64,000 bases of DNA, taken from NCBI RefSeq assembly GCF_036321535.1, contig NC_087437.1:21206001-21270000 (forward strand), written 5' to 3'. The position numbers were made by a program, and so were the translations under genes. A model generated the notes under the pieces. The model worked only from the letters and a program-made list of their open reading frames with translations, was not told the DNA's origin and did no database searches. The first letter of the stretch is position 1; every line of letters begins with the position of its first letter. The DNA comes from Camelus dromedarius (Eukaryota). Below, piece by piece: positions 1 to 12,659 of the stretch.

Positions 1-1612
1 TGTAGATTTCCTTGTCTTTGCACACTTTAGTTCCTCACACCTATCTTGGGAAGTAGTATTCTTGGCTATTTCAAGAAATATGATTTGAACAAACAGTGGC
101 CCTCATTTCAGGTGGCTGCCCAGCCAGCACCTTATTGTAGGGTTAGCACTTCTCAAAAGCACAGCCAAAGTGAGAATTTTAAGGCTGACGAGAGAGAGAG
201 AGAGATGACACAAATATAAATCTAGGGTGATTATATATATGTATTTTAAAAAGATACATGTGTACGTAAGGAAATCTCACTTGTCCCAATGGTGAGAAAC
301 CTGGCTGAACTTACTCAAAAAGTTTTAATCCTTGACAAGAGTTACAAAAACACTGGCCAAAAAATAAATAAATAAAATAAAGTTGGTCAGCTGGGATCCA
401 GCTACCAACAATCCTCAGCTATAAGACAGCGTCACCCGTATCTGAAACAAGGCGTAAGACACTCCGTTGGAGTTGAGTCCTGGGTTAGTGCACATGCCAC
501 TCACCCCCCTGCTCCTCCTCCATCCTCAGTGAGCTCGGGGTGCTCCAAACCCCACCCTGGAAATAAATATTGCAGAGTCCTGAGTCACCAAAGCAGAATT
601 CAGGTGTGTCTAGCAGGTTCTTTTTCCTAAGGCAAGAAAATAGCTCAAAAATTGATAAAATTTCTGAGTCTATTTAACAAAAAAAGAATCAACAGTTAAC
701 AGAAATCCAATTAACCAGAGTATTCCAAGAGTAGAGGCCTCAGGATTTAACTTTATAAACATTAGACATTTAAAAAGTGACGTTTTCTTTCTTGCATTGG
801 TTCTTTCATGAGAATGCCAACTACCTTTGATAAATTTTAAATATACAAATTTCTGTTTTCATGTTTTAGAAGTAACTCAGGAAAACAATTGAATAAGAAA
901 ATTTTATTCAAACAGTCACCAAGTATGTATGTGTTGAGCTCTAACTATACATTGAGCCCTATACTGAGTGGTGTTGAGGACACAATAGAGAAACAAGACA
1001 ACCATCTGTGAAAGTCCCTGTGGCGTAGTGTAGAATGCAGACTCCTGTGGGTGTAATTATTCACATTTTAAAAGAGGAAACTGATGCTCAGAGATGCTTT
1101 TATAGCTTGCCCAAGGTCACACAGCTTTGCAGGGTTGTTGTGAAGACCAGAAATAGTGTATAGGAAGCAAATAGTGCGTGACTAGGCAAAATAAATTGAA
1201 GACTATGGTAAGTAAGTGGCAGCAGGTCAAATGACTCTAGGTCGAAGGACAAACTATTAAGAGTTGAACCCAGTCACCTTCATTAAAACTTTCAGAGGAA
1301 GTGAGAGAAGCAAGACAGCTGGTTCCTGGGGAGTGGTTGAGAAGGAAATTTTTTATGCAGAGCAAAAGAAAAATCGAATTGGAATAAGTGGAGACATGGG
1401 GGCCCATCCCAGGCCTCTTTCTCATCCTATGCCAGGTCGGGATCCACCTGAGCCAAGTCAGAGGGAAAGAGATTCATCTCTATCAGGGCAGGGCAGGTGA
1501 GGTTCAGACTTCAGCGCGGAGATTAAATATTGGAAATGGAGAGAAATAAGCCAATGCAGAAGGATCTGTGCAGGTTGTGGTCGGATTCGAGACCTAAATA
1601 AGACGCAAACTT

Positions 1613-1767
1613 GAGGGAGGGTACAGCTCAGTGATAGAGCACACACTTAGCACGCATGAGGTCCTGGGTTCAATACCAGGTACCTCCACTTAAAAAATGG
1701 GGGGAAGATATAGCTCAGTGGTAGAGCGGTCCTGTGTTCAAACCCCATAACTCCATTAAAAAAAAAA
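1613..1767 (+). mobile_element. Head-to-tail dimer of tRNA-Ala-derived SINE (Vic-1-like)
   Basis: Monomer 1 at 1613-1697 and monomer 2 at 1699-1767, each with A-box (AGCTCAGTG) and B-box-like (GTTCAA) sequence and an A tail. Confidence 0.85.
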
Positions 1768-2391
1768 GATGCAACCAGATATTTCATCAAAGGAAAGAAG
1801 TGATTTTTGTAAAGAGATGATGCTTACTGATTTTTAGAAAGTTAAAATGAGATTATGTTTTTAGAGAAAAATTCTATAAACATAATAAAAACATCAGGGG
1901 AAACCAAGACATGTATGAGTGAAGTATTTAGACAAAGAAGAACCAGGGAGAAGTCATTTTCACTCTTCTAGCTTGTTAGGGATTATTTGAAATATTTGTT
2001 TCTTTAAGAAGGAGATGGATTTCATAAACTTCTTGAAGGGGCTTAGAAGTGCCTTGCAAAGCAGAAGGTATGGATGATGTTTTGAAAGGAAACAGTGGTG
2101 AATTATTGACTTTGGGACTGCAAGCCACAAAGTGTTAAAAAATATTCTCAATTGTTTATGTTGAGTATCAAATTTAAGGTGTTTTTCATTTAGGTGACCA
2201 GGCATGGAAGTGAAAAAAACTGAATATTAACTTTGCTTCTTAGGAATTACACATTTGAAATCATGAGTGAGTACCAGATCAGTTTTTAAAGATCATTATT
2301 ATGTTGTATTTATCATTAGGGCAGTTTAACTTAAGTAAATTGGGCAGTAAAACATGATGGAAATAGTGAAAATATATAATCCTTGCTTCTT

Positions 2392-2525
2392 TTTTTATCT
2401 TTCATTTATTTATTTATTAGGGGGAAGTAATTAGGTTTGTTTATTTTTAATGGAGGTACTGGGATTGAACCCAGGACCACATGCATGCTAGGCATGCACC
2501 CTACCACTGAGCTATACCCTCCCCC
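2392..2525 (-). mobile_element. tRNA-Ala-derived SINE (Vic-1-like) with 17-bp TSD
   Basis: The reverse strand reads GGGGGAGGGTATAGCTCAGTGGTAG...GGTTCAATCCC; perfect direct repeat TATAATCCTTGCTTCTT at 2375-2391 and 2526-2542. Confidence 0.93.
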
Positions 2526-3224
2526 TATAATCCTTGCTTCTTGAATGGTTGTTCTTGGCAGTTATAAGCCCTAAAAGGAAAAAATATGATAAAGGAAAAA
2601 ATAGGTACAAGAATATTTAGGGGGGAAGGGGCTGGAAGACTGACCATATTAGCCATTTGATTATCAAAAAAAAATTTTAAAAAGACTTGTTAAATTTTTT
2701 GGATCATCTAGGAAAAATAATTGTAGTTATTTAGGTTTAACTATTCTTTCAATAAATATTGGTGCCCGCCATGCACCAGGCCCATTTCAGTTTGGGAAGA
2801 TATGCTGGGTTTTGCCTCTTTAAAATTTTTAGATTGGAAAGTGCTTTTGTTCCCCTTGTGCATCAGTAAACCTTTATATCTCTCTGGGTAGAGATAAATT
2901 TTGTTCTTTCCATTTTTTCCTAAGTTTTCTGCACTGAACATATCTTTCTTTTCAGAATCAACAAAAACTATATCATTTAAAGCAAGGCAGGAACTGTCCT
3001 AATTGGATCTGGATGTGTGCCCAAGCTGGATCTGGCCAAAACCAACCCCCAAAGACGCCCTCCCCAGCTGAAAGGATGGGGGTGGGGCGGAGTAAGTCTA
3101 GGGCTCCTGGTCTGAGCCGGCAGATTCTCCCTGGACAGAGCCAGCAGTTGGTGCCTAAGGTTGAGCCGAATTAGTGGTTCCACAATCCAGACCATGAACT
3201 GTGGCTGGTTGGTGGTGAAGTTTT

Positions 3225-3420
3225 TACCAAACAACTAAAAAAAAAAAAAAAAAAAAAGGACAATGCAGTAAATATTTTAGACTGTGTAGATGCAACAATT
3301 TAACTCTGCCTTTGTGGTGGGAAAGTAGCCTTAGACAATGGAAAGGACTGAATATGTCTGTGTGCCAATAAAGCTTTAATTACAAAAACAGGCAGTGGAG
3401 CTGGATTGACCCTCAGCTTT
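3225..3420 (+). mobile_element. MER58A-like hAT-Charlie MITE
   Basis: GTAAATATTTTAG...CCAATAAAGCTTTAATTACAAAAACAGGCAG resembles the remembered MER58A consensus and the copy at 42761. Confidence 0.7.
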
Positions 3421-3564
3421 ACTGCTTATAGTCGTAAGTCTCATGATTAAACTGACTGGGTTATCTGATTCTAACAGAGCTTTTTACAGCTCTGTAGATT
3501 ATAGGTAACTAACTGAGATATAAAATAATTCTTGTCTATAAATATTTAAATGACCCATCCCCAC

Positions 3565-3934
3565 TGTATTAGTTTCTTAGGGCCATGATAACAAAATTCT
3601 ATGGACAGGGTGGCTTACACAACAGAAATTTATCTCAGTTCTGGAAGCTAGATCCAGGTGTCCTTGGGGCTGGTTTCTTTTGAGGCCTCTGTCCTTGATT
3701 TCTAGATGACCACCTTCTTCTGCCTCACGTCCTCCTTCTGTGATCTCTGTCCTAATTTCTTCTCCTTCCAAGGACAGCAGTTATACTGGATTAAGGCCCA
3801 TCCTAATGATCTTATTTTAACTTGATTACGTCTTTAAAGACCTTAACTCCAAATACAGTCACAGGTACCCCAAGGTACCTGGGGGGTTAGGACTTAACAC
3901 ATGGATTTGGGGAGACACAATTCAGCCTATAACA
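3565..3934 (-). mobile_element. MLT1 (MaLR) solo LTR
   Basis: Starts TGTATTAGTTTC, contains ACAACAGAAATTTAT, ends GACACAATTCAGCCTATAACA (TG...CA termini). Confidence 0.85.
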
Positions 3935-4105
3935 GTCCCTCAAGCCAATTTTATGTCCACTCATTCATTTCAACATTCCTTTACCTCATATAAATGTGTG
4001 GGTTTTATTACTTCTTTGAATTGGTTGTAATGCCAGTTTCCTCATTAAAGACTTAAATAAAGTCTTTAACATGTGTTCATTTTTGTTTCTGTATAACAGT
4101 CACGG

Positions 4106-4497
4106 TTTTTTTTTTTTTTAATGAAGTACAGTCAGTTACAATGTGTCAGTTTCTGGTGTACAGCACAATGTCCCAGTCACACATATACATACATATATTC
4201 ATTTTCATATTTTTTATTAAAGGTTATTACAAGATGTTGAACATAGTTCCCTGTGCTATACTGAAGAAACTTTTTAAATCTATTTTTATATATAGTGGCT
4301 AACATTTGTAAATCTCAACCTCCCAAATTTATCCCTTCCTACCCCCTTTCCCTGGTAACCATAAGATTGTTTACTATGTTTGAGAGTCTGTTTCTGTTTT
4401 GTAGATGAGTTCATAGTGTCCTTTTTTCTTTTTTCTTTTTTTTTAAGATTCCACGTATGAATGATATCATATGGTATTTTTCTTTCTCTTTCTGGCT
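4106..4497 (-). mobile_element. 5'-truncated L1 3' end, relatively young
   Basis: Poly(T) followed by typical L1 3' UTR: ATAGTTCCCTGTGCTATA, GGTAACCATAAG, AGATTCCAC.TATGA.TGATATCATATGGTATT. Confidence 0.85.
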
Positions 4498-5031
4498 TTT
4501 TCTTATTTTGAGGATTATCCATTAACACAACACAGAATGTCACAAGGCCGTCAGGGAACCTGGGCCTATTTTAAAAATTCTGCTTCCATGAGATAAAGTT
4601 CTCAGCAAGAGCTATCTCTCTTTTTGTTCTCTCATGAAACACACAGCAAAGAGCAGAGCCCTAACCAGAGGGCTGGTGGGAGTAGGGGTGAGCCCAGAAA
4701 GCCCCTGGCATTTCCCAGGAAGTTTGGTTGAGGTACATGGGGCCAGCTGACTCTTCTCTATTTTTAAACCTATTCGCCTTACCCTGACTCTCCCATCTGC
4801 ACGGCCAGCTGGATGTGCATTCCTGCCATGCCCACCATTCCTACATGCAGCAGGAGAAGCCTCAGGGAAGAAGAGGCAGGGAGGAGAAACCCAGGAGCCA
4901 CAAGAACCAAAGACAGCTTCAGAAATTCACCGGCTGGTAGTGCCGTCTGCTGAGCCAGGGCCATCCGTGCAAACATGCATTCCAGAGGCACACCCAGCAT
5001 CTCAGAGTCCCTGAACTAATGAGTCCCCTCC

Positions 5032-5160
5032 GAGGTTTGCCAATGCAAATGCAGAATGTCCTGTAAAATTTAAATTGCAGAAATTCATTAATTTTTTTCC
5101 AATTCATTTTTTCTAGTATAAGTATGTCCCAAATGTTGCATGGGACATACTTATATAAAA
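5032..5160. mobile_element. MER53-like palindromic MITE, partial
   Basis: Core TATAAGTATGTCCCA-N9-TGGGACATACTTATA. Confidence 0.8.
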
Positions 5161-5397
5161 ACATATCTCTTGTCCACAAGTACACATCATCGAATAAGAA
5201 TCGTCAGTGGCCAGGATGAAAGAAAATGCAGGAGAACCCCCAGCACCACACCTGGCACACAGTCAGAGCGCTGCCTGGGTTACACACCTGTTGGGTCTGT
5301 CCTCCTCCACAGCTGCTATGAATTTTTTTCGACAAGCCCACATGTGTGCTCTGTCTCACCTAAGAGCTGGCTGGGCAGCGGCACCAGCATCACCACT

Positions 5398-5600
5398 AAT
5401 AATGACACAATAAAAGCTCCCGTTTATTGAGCACCTACCATGTGTGGAGTGCTGCCCTCAGCACTTCTTGTGTGTTACTCCCAATGCGCACACTCGTCAG
5501 TGAAGTGGGTATTATTACCTGCATTTTATCAAGGAAGAAGACAAGCTTCAGAGGTTAGCAGACTTACCCAAGTACACTGTAAGTTTTGAGTAAACCCAGG
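5398..5600 (-). mobile_element. MIR SINE
   Basis: TTTATTGAGCACCTACCATGTG...CATTTTA...AGAGGTTA...ACTTACCCAAG is the MIR core on the reverse strand. Confidence 0.7.
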
Positions 5601-8117
5601 TGTACCTGGTAGCTCTTGCCTGGGGGTCACTGGTTTCCTAGGTAGGAACTGCCCCCATCCCTCCCTATTCCCTGAAATATCTCCTATGGGACTCAGGGCA
5701 CGAGTTAGTGGACAGAGCCCAAGGAGGAGAGAATTTTAAGAAATATATTTTGTTGGCCCTAAATGGACTAGCAGGGCCAGGACGAGAGTGAGGTGAGCGA
5801 GTCAGCTGCAGCACAGGGTTTAGGACCTTTAAGACGGCACTTGCTCTCAGGATCACGCAAGGAAGCACAGCCTCTGAACTTGCACAAAACCAGAATTGAG
5901 TGCCTCCTTCTATTCTGCGCCTTAGACCTTTTACTTTGCTCCCTGTAAGTCTGGGCCTGTGCACCAGCCAGCTCAGGTGTAGACACTTAGAAAAGTCCTT
6001 TTGAAACTACATTTCTCTATTTCTTTGCATCTTCAAAAACAATCATCTTCATTCACTCATACAACAGATTCTAATTTCGGGCTTATCACGTGCTGGGCCT
6101 TGTAGGAATATGGCCCAAGACAGACCACACCTGTCCTGAAGGTGTCCCCCTTTGGCTGGATATCTCTGTTAGTCGGTATCAAAGCTGTGAAATCAAGACG
6201 TGTAAGCGCTTCACTATGTCTCAAAGTGGAAAGTTACAGGCAGGCCAAAAGACACATCCAGATCGGGTCTTGGTGTGTGTTGTTTTAACAAATGCCAGTG
6301 GAATGAAGGGGAAAGCCTGCCCTGGCACATGTCATAACTGGTAACGAGGCAGACAATGGTGAAACAGCGGCTCAACCAAACATTCCGATGCCTTGTCTGT
6401 GCCTCACTTCCCAGGGGTGCCCTCCGGCCCTCACCTCTGCTTGCTTGTGTTCGGGGCTGGGCCCGTAAAACCGCACAGCAGATCCTGCAGGGCAGAGCTC
6501 GGTCCAGGCATGTGGAGTTCTCAGGCTTGTTATTACTTCATGACTCTGTCGGCCACCCTTCCTGTCACGGTTGAGTGATCAATTCACGCAGTTTGTGGAC
6601 TATCTGTCCCTCTGTCACCCTGCCTCCCCTTCCCAGAGTCCACCTTTGGTCCTTGTGTCACTGACCGTGTCCCACCCTGGTTTGTGTAGGGGCACCGAAA
6701 GGAAGAGAAATAAATCCATCTATTTGCTTCAGGAACAGGAATTTTAAAAGCGGGCACAAACCATTCACTGAAATCTGGATTCTCTGAGCACTTAAATGAC
6801 ATACTCTATCTGCTCACGTCTCCCACCCTTTTCTGTCATGGCCACAGATAACTCAGCTAATTCACCTCGGATGTTACATTAAGTTGGCAATCTCTCGCCT
6901 GTTAACACTTGAGACACACAAGGGCTAGATCGCCTGTATTTAGCCCCTTTCCTCCCTTGCATGGTGACTGTCTTGCCAGGAAAAGTGACTCTAAGCCAGC
7001 ACTTCCTCACTCAAGGAGGAAGGAGGACCACTGGGGAGACTAAGAGCAAAAGGCAATTCCAAATCAAAGCTTCCTTCTAATCATCCCCCTGGCCACAGAC
7101 TAACTCAGGGAGAATGTGAGTGTGAGGAAGGTTTTCTCTGGAAAAAATTCCAGCGAGAATGTGCTTGACTGGCTCTTCCTTGTTTTGGAAGACAAGGGCG
7201 ATTGAAATATTGTATCATGAGGACGTGCCTGCGCTGGCCCTGTGGCATGTGCACCTCTTCCCAGCTCCGCGGTCGGGATGACCTCACCTTGGTAGTCGGG
7301 CTTAGACCACAGTGGGTGTAGCTGCATCACGAAAACTGGCAAATCTGACACATCAGGTTTGTTTTTTTCTGGAGAGCGGATTGTTAAGCATTTACCAGGA
7401 CTTGGCTGAATTCCCCCTGAGACATACGGTGGCTTGTTAGGTTGTGACTCTGTCCAGGACCCCACAAGGTCTGCCCCAAGCTTTGCTTCCATTTGCAGGG
7501 GGTAGGCAAGCCCAGAGGAGAGAAGTCAGCTCCAGTCACAGGCCACTGCTCATGGGAGGCACTCACTAGACTCAGAGGCTGAGAAATCCCAGGGGAAGCT
7601 GGATCGGAGGATTGGAGGCTACCAACATCTGACAGAGGACAGTAAGAGAACATGAAAACCAGGTGCAGGCACCAAAACCAGAGGGCAGGAAAAGAAGTCA
7701 GAGAGAGGGAAATGGGCTAAGTGGTCCATAAGTTCATAAGAAAATATTTGCATAATGTCCCGAGAGCTTGAATCATCACGCCACAGTGAGGGTTCATTAA
7801 AGAGATGATGAAGCTAAAGAGGGCTGGAAGTTATTCACGTTAGTGGGATCTGCCACCTCTTCCATACGCACTGACTTAAAGCAAACATGATTCATTCATC
7901 TGCAAAAATACAAAACACACAGAGTTAAAAGTGTCCTGCACAGAAAGACTTCCTTCTGATACGAATTCTGTCCTGAAGGCATAAACACCACCCCAAGTAT
8001 CTGCTACAGACCTAAACCCAAAGACCCCAAAGCCACAATTATGAGCTGCTGGGCTGCTGAACATCACTGAGAAGATATTAGAATCCCTCCTAACCAGTAA
8101 GTTCTCCCTTCTGAAAC

Positions 8118-8205
8118 TTTTTTTTTAAACGAAGGTTCTGGGGATTGAACCCAGGACCTCGTGCATGCTAAGCATGTGCTCTACCACTTGAGCTATGCCC
8201 AACCC
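8118..8205 (-). mobile_element. tRNA-Ala-derived SINE, short form
   Basis: GGGGATTGAACCCAGGACCTCGTGCATGCTAAGCATGTGCTCTACCACTTGAGCTA preceded by a T tract; lacks the 3' CCTAATTA segment. Confidence 0.9.
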
Positions 8206-8887
8206 ACCAGATTGGTTTTTAATCACTCTAGGGTCATAGTATATATATTATTTGATAACTTGTTTTCCATTTAACAATATATTGGAAGCATCTTACCATG
8301 TCAAAACATTCCTTGTTAATCACTTTTGCAACTGCATTTCATTCCACAGATGCGCCATAATTTAATCAACCCTCTCTTCTGATTATCAATACTTTTTTCA
8401 GTTTTTCCTTATTATAAATAGTCCTGTAATAAATATCCTTGTAGCTATCTTGCAGCACCCTTATTTATTATTTATCATTGTCCTAGTATATAGTCTTAGA
8501 AATGGAATTCTGGGGAATACATAATTTTATGGCTTTGGATAAACTTCTAGTAAGATTATGCCAGGTTGCACTCCCATGAACCATGGACTGTGATCTTCTG
8601 ATAGTAGAAATCTAGTAGCATCAAAGGCTCGGTGGCCAGCTACGTCCCCAGCCTGACTGTTGCTAAGATGTGTCAAGAACAGGTACTAATTGTATGCATG
8701 TCTCAGTATTTCCATTAGGAAAATACAAAGTACGTAATTCGAGAACTTTACAGCCAGTATAGACCTTATCTGATCCAACTCCCTAATTTTACTGAAGAGA
8801 AACTTCAGCCCCAAAGTTCGCACAGCTAACTAAAAACTTTCTGGAATTTCTGTGCTACAGAATACTTACTACAGTGTTGTAGCCCTA

Positions 8888-9085
8888 ATAATAATGGCTA
8901 ACATCTGTTGAGCACCAACTCTATACGCTTTTCATGAATTAATTACCTGATCCCTCCCCATCCCTTAGAGTTGCTACCATTCTATCCTCATTTTACATTT
9001 AAATTAAGAAGGCACTAGGAGGTGAAGCAGCTAGACAAAGGACCCACAACAAATACTTTGAAGATCCTAGGTTCCAATCCAGACA
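8888..9085 (-). mobile_element. MIR SINE
   Basis: ATAATAATGGCTAACATCTGTTGAGCAC...CTCATTTTACA...GAGGTGAAG. Confidence 0.65.
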
Positions 9086-10964
9086 AATACCGTCCAAAAC
9101 CCAAAAGGAACCATAGATTATCAGCACATCCCTTATTTTCAATCGTGGAAGGGAAATTTAATGACTAATAATTCCTTTCAGGCCAGGCTGGTCTCCACCC
9201 AATTTTCCAGGAACACCTGTGTAACTGGAATCTTGTCCCCACTTCTCTTCACCTTTACCTACCCTCATGCCTGTCACTGCTCACCTCCTCCTAAGGGAAA
9301 GATTTTTATGGCACTTCGTGGTTTTTAAACTTCTTTTCTGATTGATGATAGAAACCCCCTATTCTTAAAGCAAACCATCTCAGGGTACAGCCTGAGGGGA
9401 CAATGTGTGTGATTTAGTCGAGTTAGAGCTGGATGTCCAGACTTTAAGCTCTTCAGTAACTCTGGAAATGACAGACACCCAGCAACTGTACCTTGTGAAT
9501 GGTTACTAATTGACAGCTCTTCCTGGGGTTTTCCTGTCAGAAAGAAAGAGTCCTGGCCACTCCTGGGCTATTAGTTGCTTAAAACAATGAAAGTACTCAC
9601 AATGGCAGAGGAAAAAGTTACTGGACCTGGAAATCATGTAACCTGCAAATAATCCCCAGGTCTCTTTGGAGCAAACCAAGGCCAAATTTATAAAGCTCTT
9701 TCCACCTTGTGTCTTCCAAGGTGGCAGCGTGAATCGTATTCCAGGGAAGGGGCAGCCGCAACTCAGTCGCAGGGCTGACAACGTGGTCATGTCCGCAGTG
9801 CTCACAGGAGGGGAAGGCAGAGGCAAGGGACGGGCTTATAATAAAAGTCCTTCATTTTAACTTTTTCCCCCTTCCAGACCTAACCTACACTTAGAATTCT
9901 GAAGGAGAACATGGTCATTAAAGAACAAGACAACCACTAGCAGATTCCAATCTTATAATAATTTTTTTTTTTTTCCCTAGAGCGGAGTGCCCCACCTCAT
10001 GAATCATCTGACCACTATTCTTTGTCTGGCCTTTTCTCAGCTCGTTTCCTTAGTTCTGTCAATTGCCAACTTTTTTTTTTTCCTACTGGAGGAAAAACCT
10101 CACTTTGAGTTAAATCTTCTGTCTCTGGTGCCAAAGCCTGCCAGCAGCACAACCCAGGTAGGGCACATCTGAATCATCTGTGGCAGAAAGGAGTCATGGT
10201 CCACAGGTTCAGTGATGTCAGGGGCTGCAAACTGGGGGACGGAGAGCCTGGACACCCCCACTTTCTCCAGGGCATCAGCAGAGCCAGCCACGCAGCTCAC
10301 TTGCCATGGGGTAGTTGCCAATTCACCCACTTCTGGCTGAAGCTTAGAAGGCAATTTTAAAAGGGGTGTTAAGAAAGCAGGATAGAAAATATCTCAGACA
10401 AACCAACTAAATTGCCTTCAGCTATCTACGTGTTCTGGTGGGCTGTTCTGGCAACTCTTAATGGTTATTAATTAAATATTGTTTCCGTCCAAGAGTACAA
10501 TGCGGTCTTCAACATCCCGCGTTACCAGGAGTTATGCCTGTTGATTACAGCTCACGTGGGGCCCGCCACTCTCAGGCTCTGAATCATTCCCCGGCTCTGT
10601 TCTGTCCTCTTTCTCTTTCCTCCGTCTTCACCATCATCACAGAGCTCCATTTCTGTCCTGTCCATTTCCTCTCTCCTCAGTGGTTTCGATAGGATTTCTC
10701 AACGTTCTTGAACATGGGTCAGCCATTTTTATACTTTTTGAAACTCTCAAAACTTTGAACAAGTAAATAAACATTCAGAAACACCTCTCAGAGATACAGG
10801 TGACCCTCACCTGTATTCTATATGCTGCATCGAATTCAAAATTGGTGATGAAAGTTTGGCTTTAAGAAGTGTAGAGAGTCTATGCTGAATTCGAAAAAGA
10901 TAAATTATCAGTCTCTTCTTGTAAATGGTCACTGTCATTGATAAATTAACCAGGCTGAAAGATA

Positions 10965-11220
10965 GTAGCAGGAACTGGATAAGCATGTGGACTCTAGAAT
11001 CAGACCTGCCTAGGTTCAAATTCCACCTACTAGCTATTTGACCTTGGTCAGGTTACCTAAAAACTCTCCATCTTAAAATGGAGGGAGCAGAATAGCATAT
11101 CTCACACAGGATTGTGTGATGATTAACAATGTGTTTATAATTATTAATTTAATAGTAAGAAATCATATAAAGTACTTATAAAAAGTGTCTGACATAGTAA
11201 GCACAGAAAAAGTGTTAGCA
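10965..11220 (+). mobile_element. MIR SINE
   Basis: GGACTCTAGAATCAGAC..CCTAGGTTCAAATTCC...TGACCTTGGTCAGGTTACCTAA...CATCTTAAAATGG. Confidence 0.75.
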
Positions 11221-11430
11221 ATTAACACATTCAGAGGATCACAAGATGAATGGAGATTGTGAATGATTTTGCTAATGGAGTCAGTCCTTTGTCCATAAAG
11301 TTTTCCCAGAAGATGGGCTCATCCTTGGCTCCTTAAATTTGCTGCCAGCAGATACTAGACATCCGAAAGTGTGTTAACAATTCCTTGCTTATTAATAATA
11401 AACTCTAAGTACCAATGTATGACCTAACAG

Positions 11431-11434
11431 TATA

Positions 11435-11492
<58 letters not shown>
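11431..11492. repeat. (TA)20 microsatellite with a (CA)5 tail
   Basis: Read directly; uninterrupted TA run at 11443-11482. Confidence 0.97.
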
Positions 11493-11495
<3 letters not shown>

Positions 11496-12659
11496 GGTTT
11501 AATTGGATGTGCTAAGTATCTTCCAGGTTAGTATTCACAGGAATTTTTCTTTATTCTCCTGTGCCCTGGGCTTGGGAGTGGTCTCTACAGGGCAAAAAAT
11601 AAGGTCTTGATTTCTTCTTTTACCCATAGACATAAGCCAAGTTTTTAATTTTCCCCAGGGTACACATGCACGGGCTCGTGCGCAGAAACCCATGCATAGT
11701 CTTAAGTTTGCATAATGCTGAAGGATTTATAAAGAGCCTTGAAGTATACTCTCCTTCAGTCCTTGGAATAACACTTTGAAATAAGCAGCGCAGCTATCCT
11801 TACCTTCACCCCGACGCATGTAGAGCTTGACACTTAGGAAAGTTCAATGACTTACTCGTGCACCCACCATGCACCCACCATTTCCCTATGATTCTACAAA
11901 CGTTCATACCTCCTCGGCTGGTCTGTGCTCATTCTTCGGCCTAACAACTCCCTCCTCCTTTTCAAAGGTTAGCTCAAAAGTCACATCGTCTGTGACAAGC
12001 CTTCCCACCCAGCCCAGGTACCTGTTCCCTCCCCTGACCTCCCACAGAGTGTGTGTGTGTGTTGATGGGACATGACCTCCAAAAGAGAAACACTCAGGCT
12101 TGAATCTCTAGTCCTTTCCTTGCCAGCTGGTGACCTTGGACAAGTCCCAGCCAGACCCGGGCTCCGTGTCTTCTTGAGTAAAGTGAGGATAATATTTCTA
12201 CTATTTATTATCTCCATGTATCAGGCACTTTACAAAGTAGCTCACTCATTCCTCCCCAAAGCCCTAGAAGAAGGAAGCATTCTGCTCGGCTTTACAGATC
12301 TCTCAGGCCTGGACACGCTTTGACTCCAGGCTGTTGAACTGCAATCACTATCTTTGTAATAGATATCCTCCACCTTTTAAACAAAAGGATTCTTTTGTGA
12401 CTTCTGCTGCTCCAGTCTTTGAGAAGGTAAAATAGGTAAGTATGTAAACAGCTTTGTGACTCAGTAGTTGGCTGGTCTTCTTTTTCTGCACTGTCACACA
12501 GTCCTAATTTTCCTTCACCAGGGCGGTCTAACAGGTGTGGGCTCAGAGGGGTCCTCCGAGGCACATCAGAGACAGAGAATGTTTGCATCAACTAGTGATT
12601 GACTCCAGAAAATACTGACCCTTAATCTTTCTAAACCACAGACACAAAAACACAGACAT

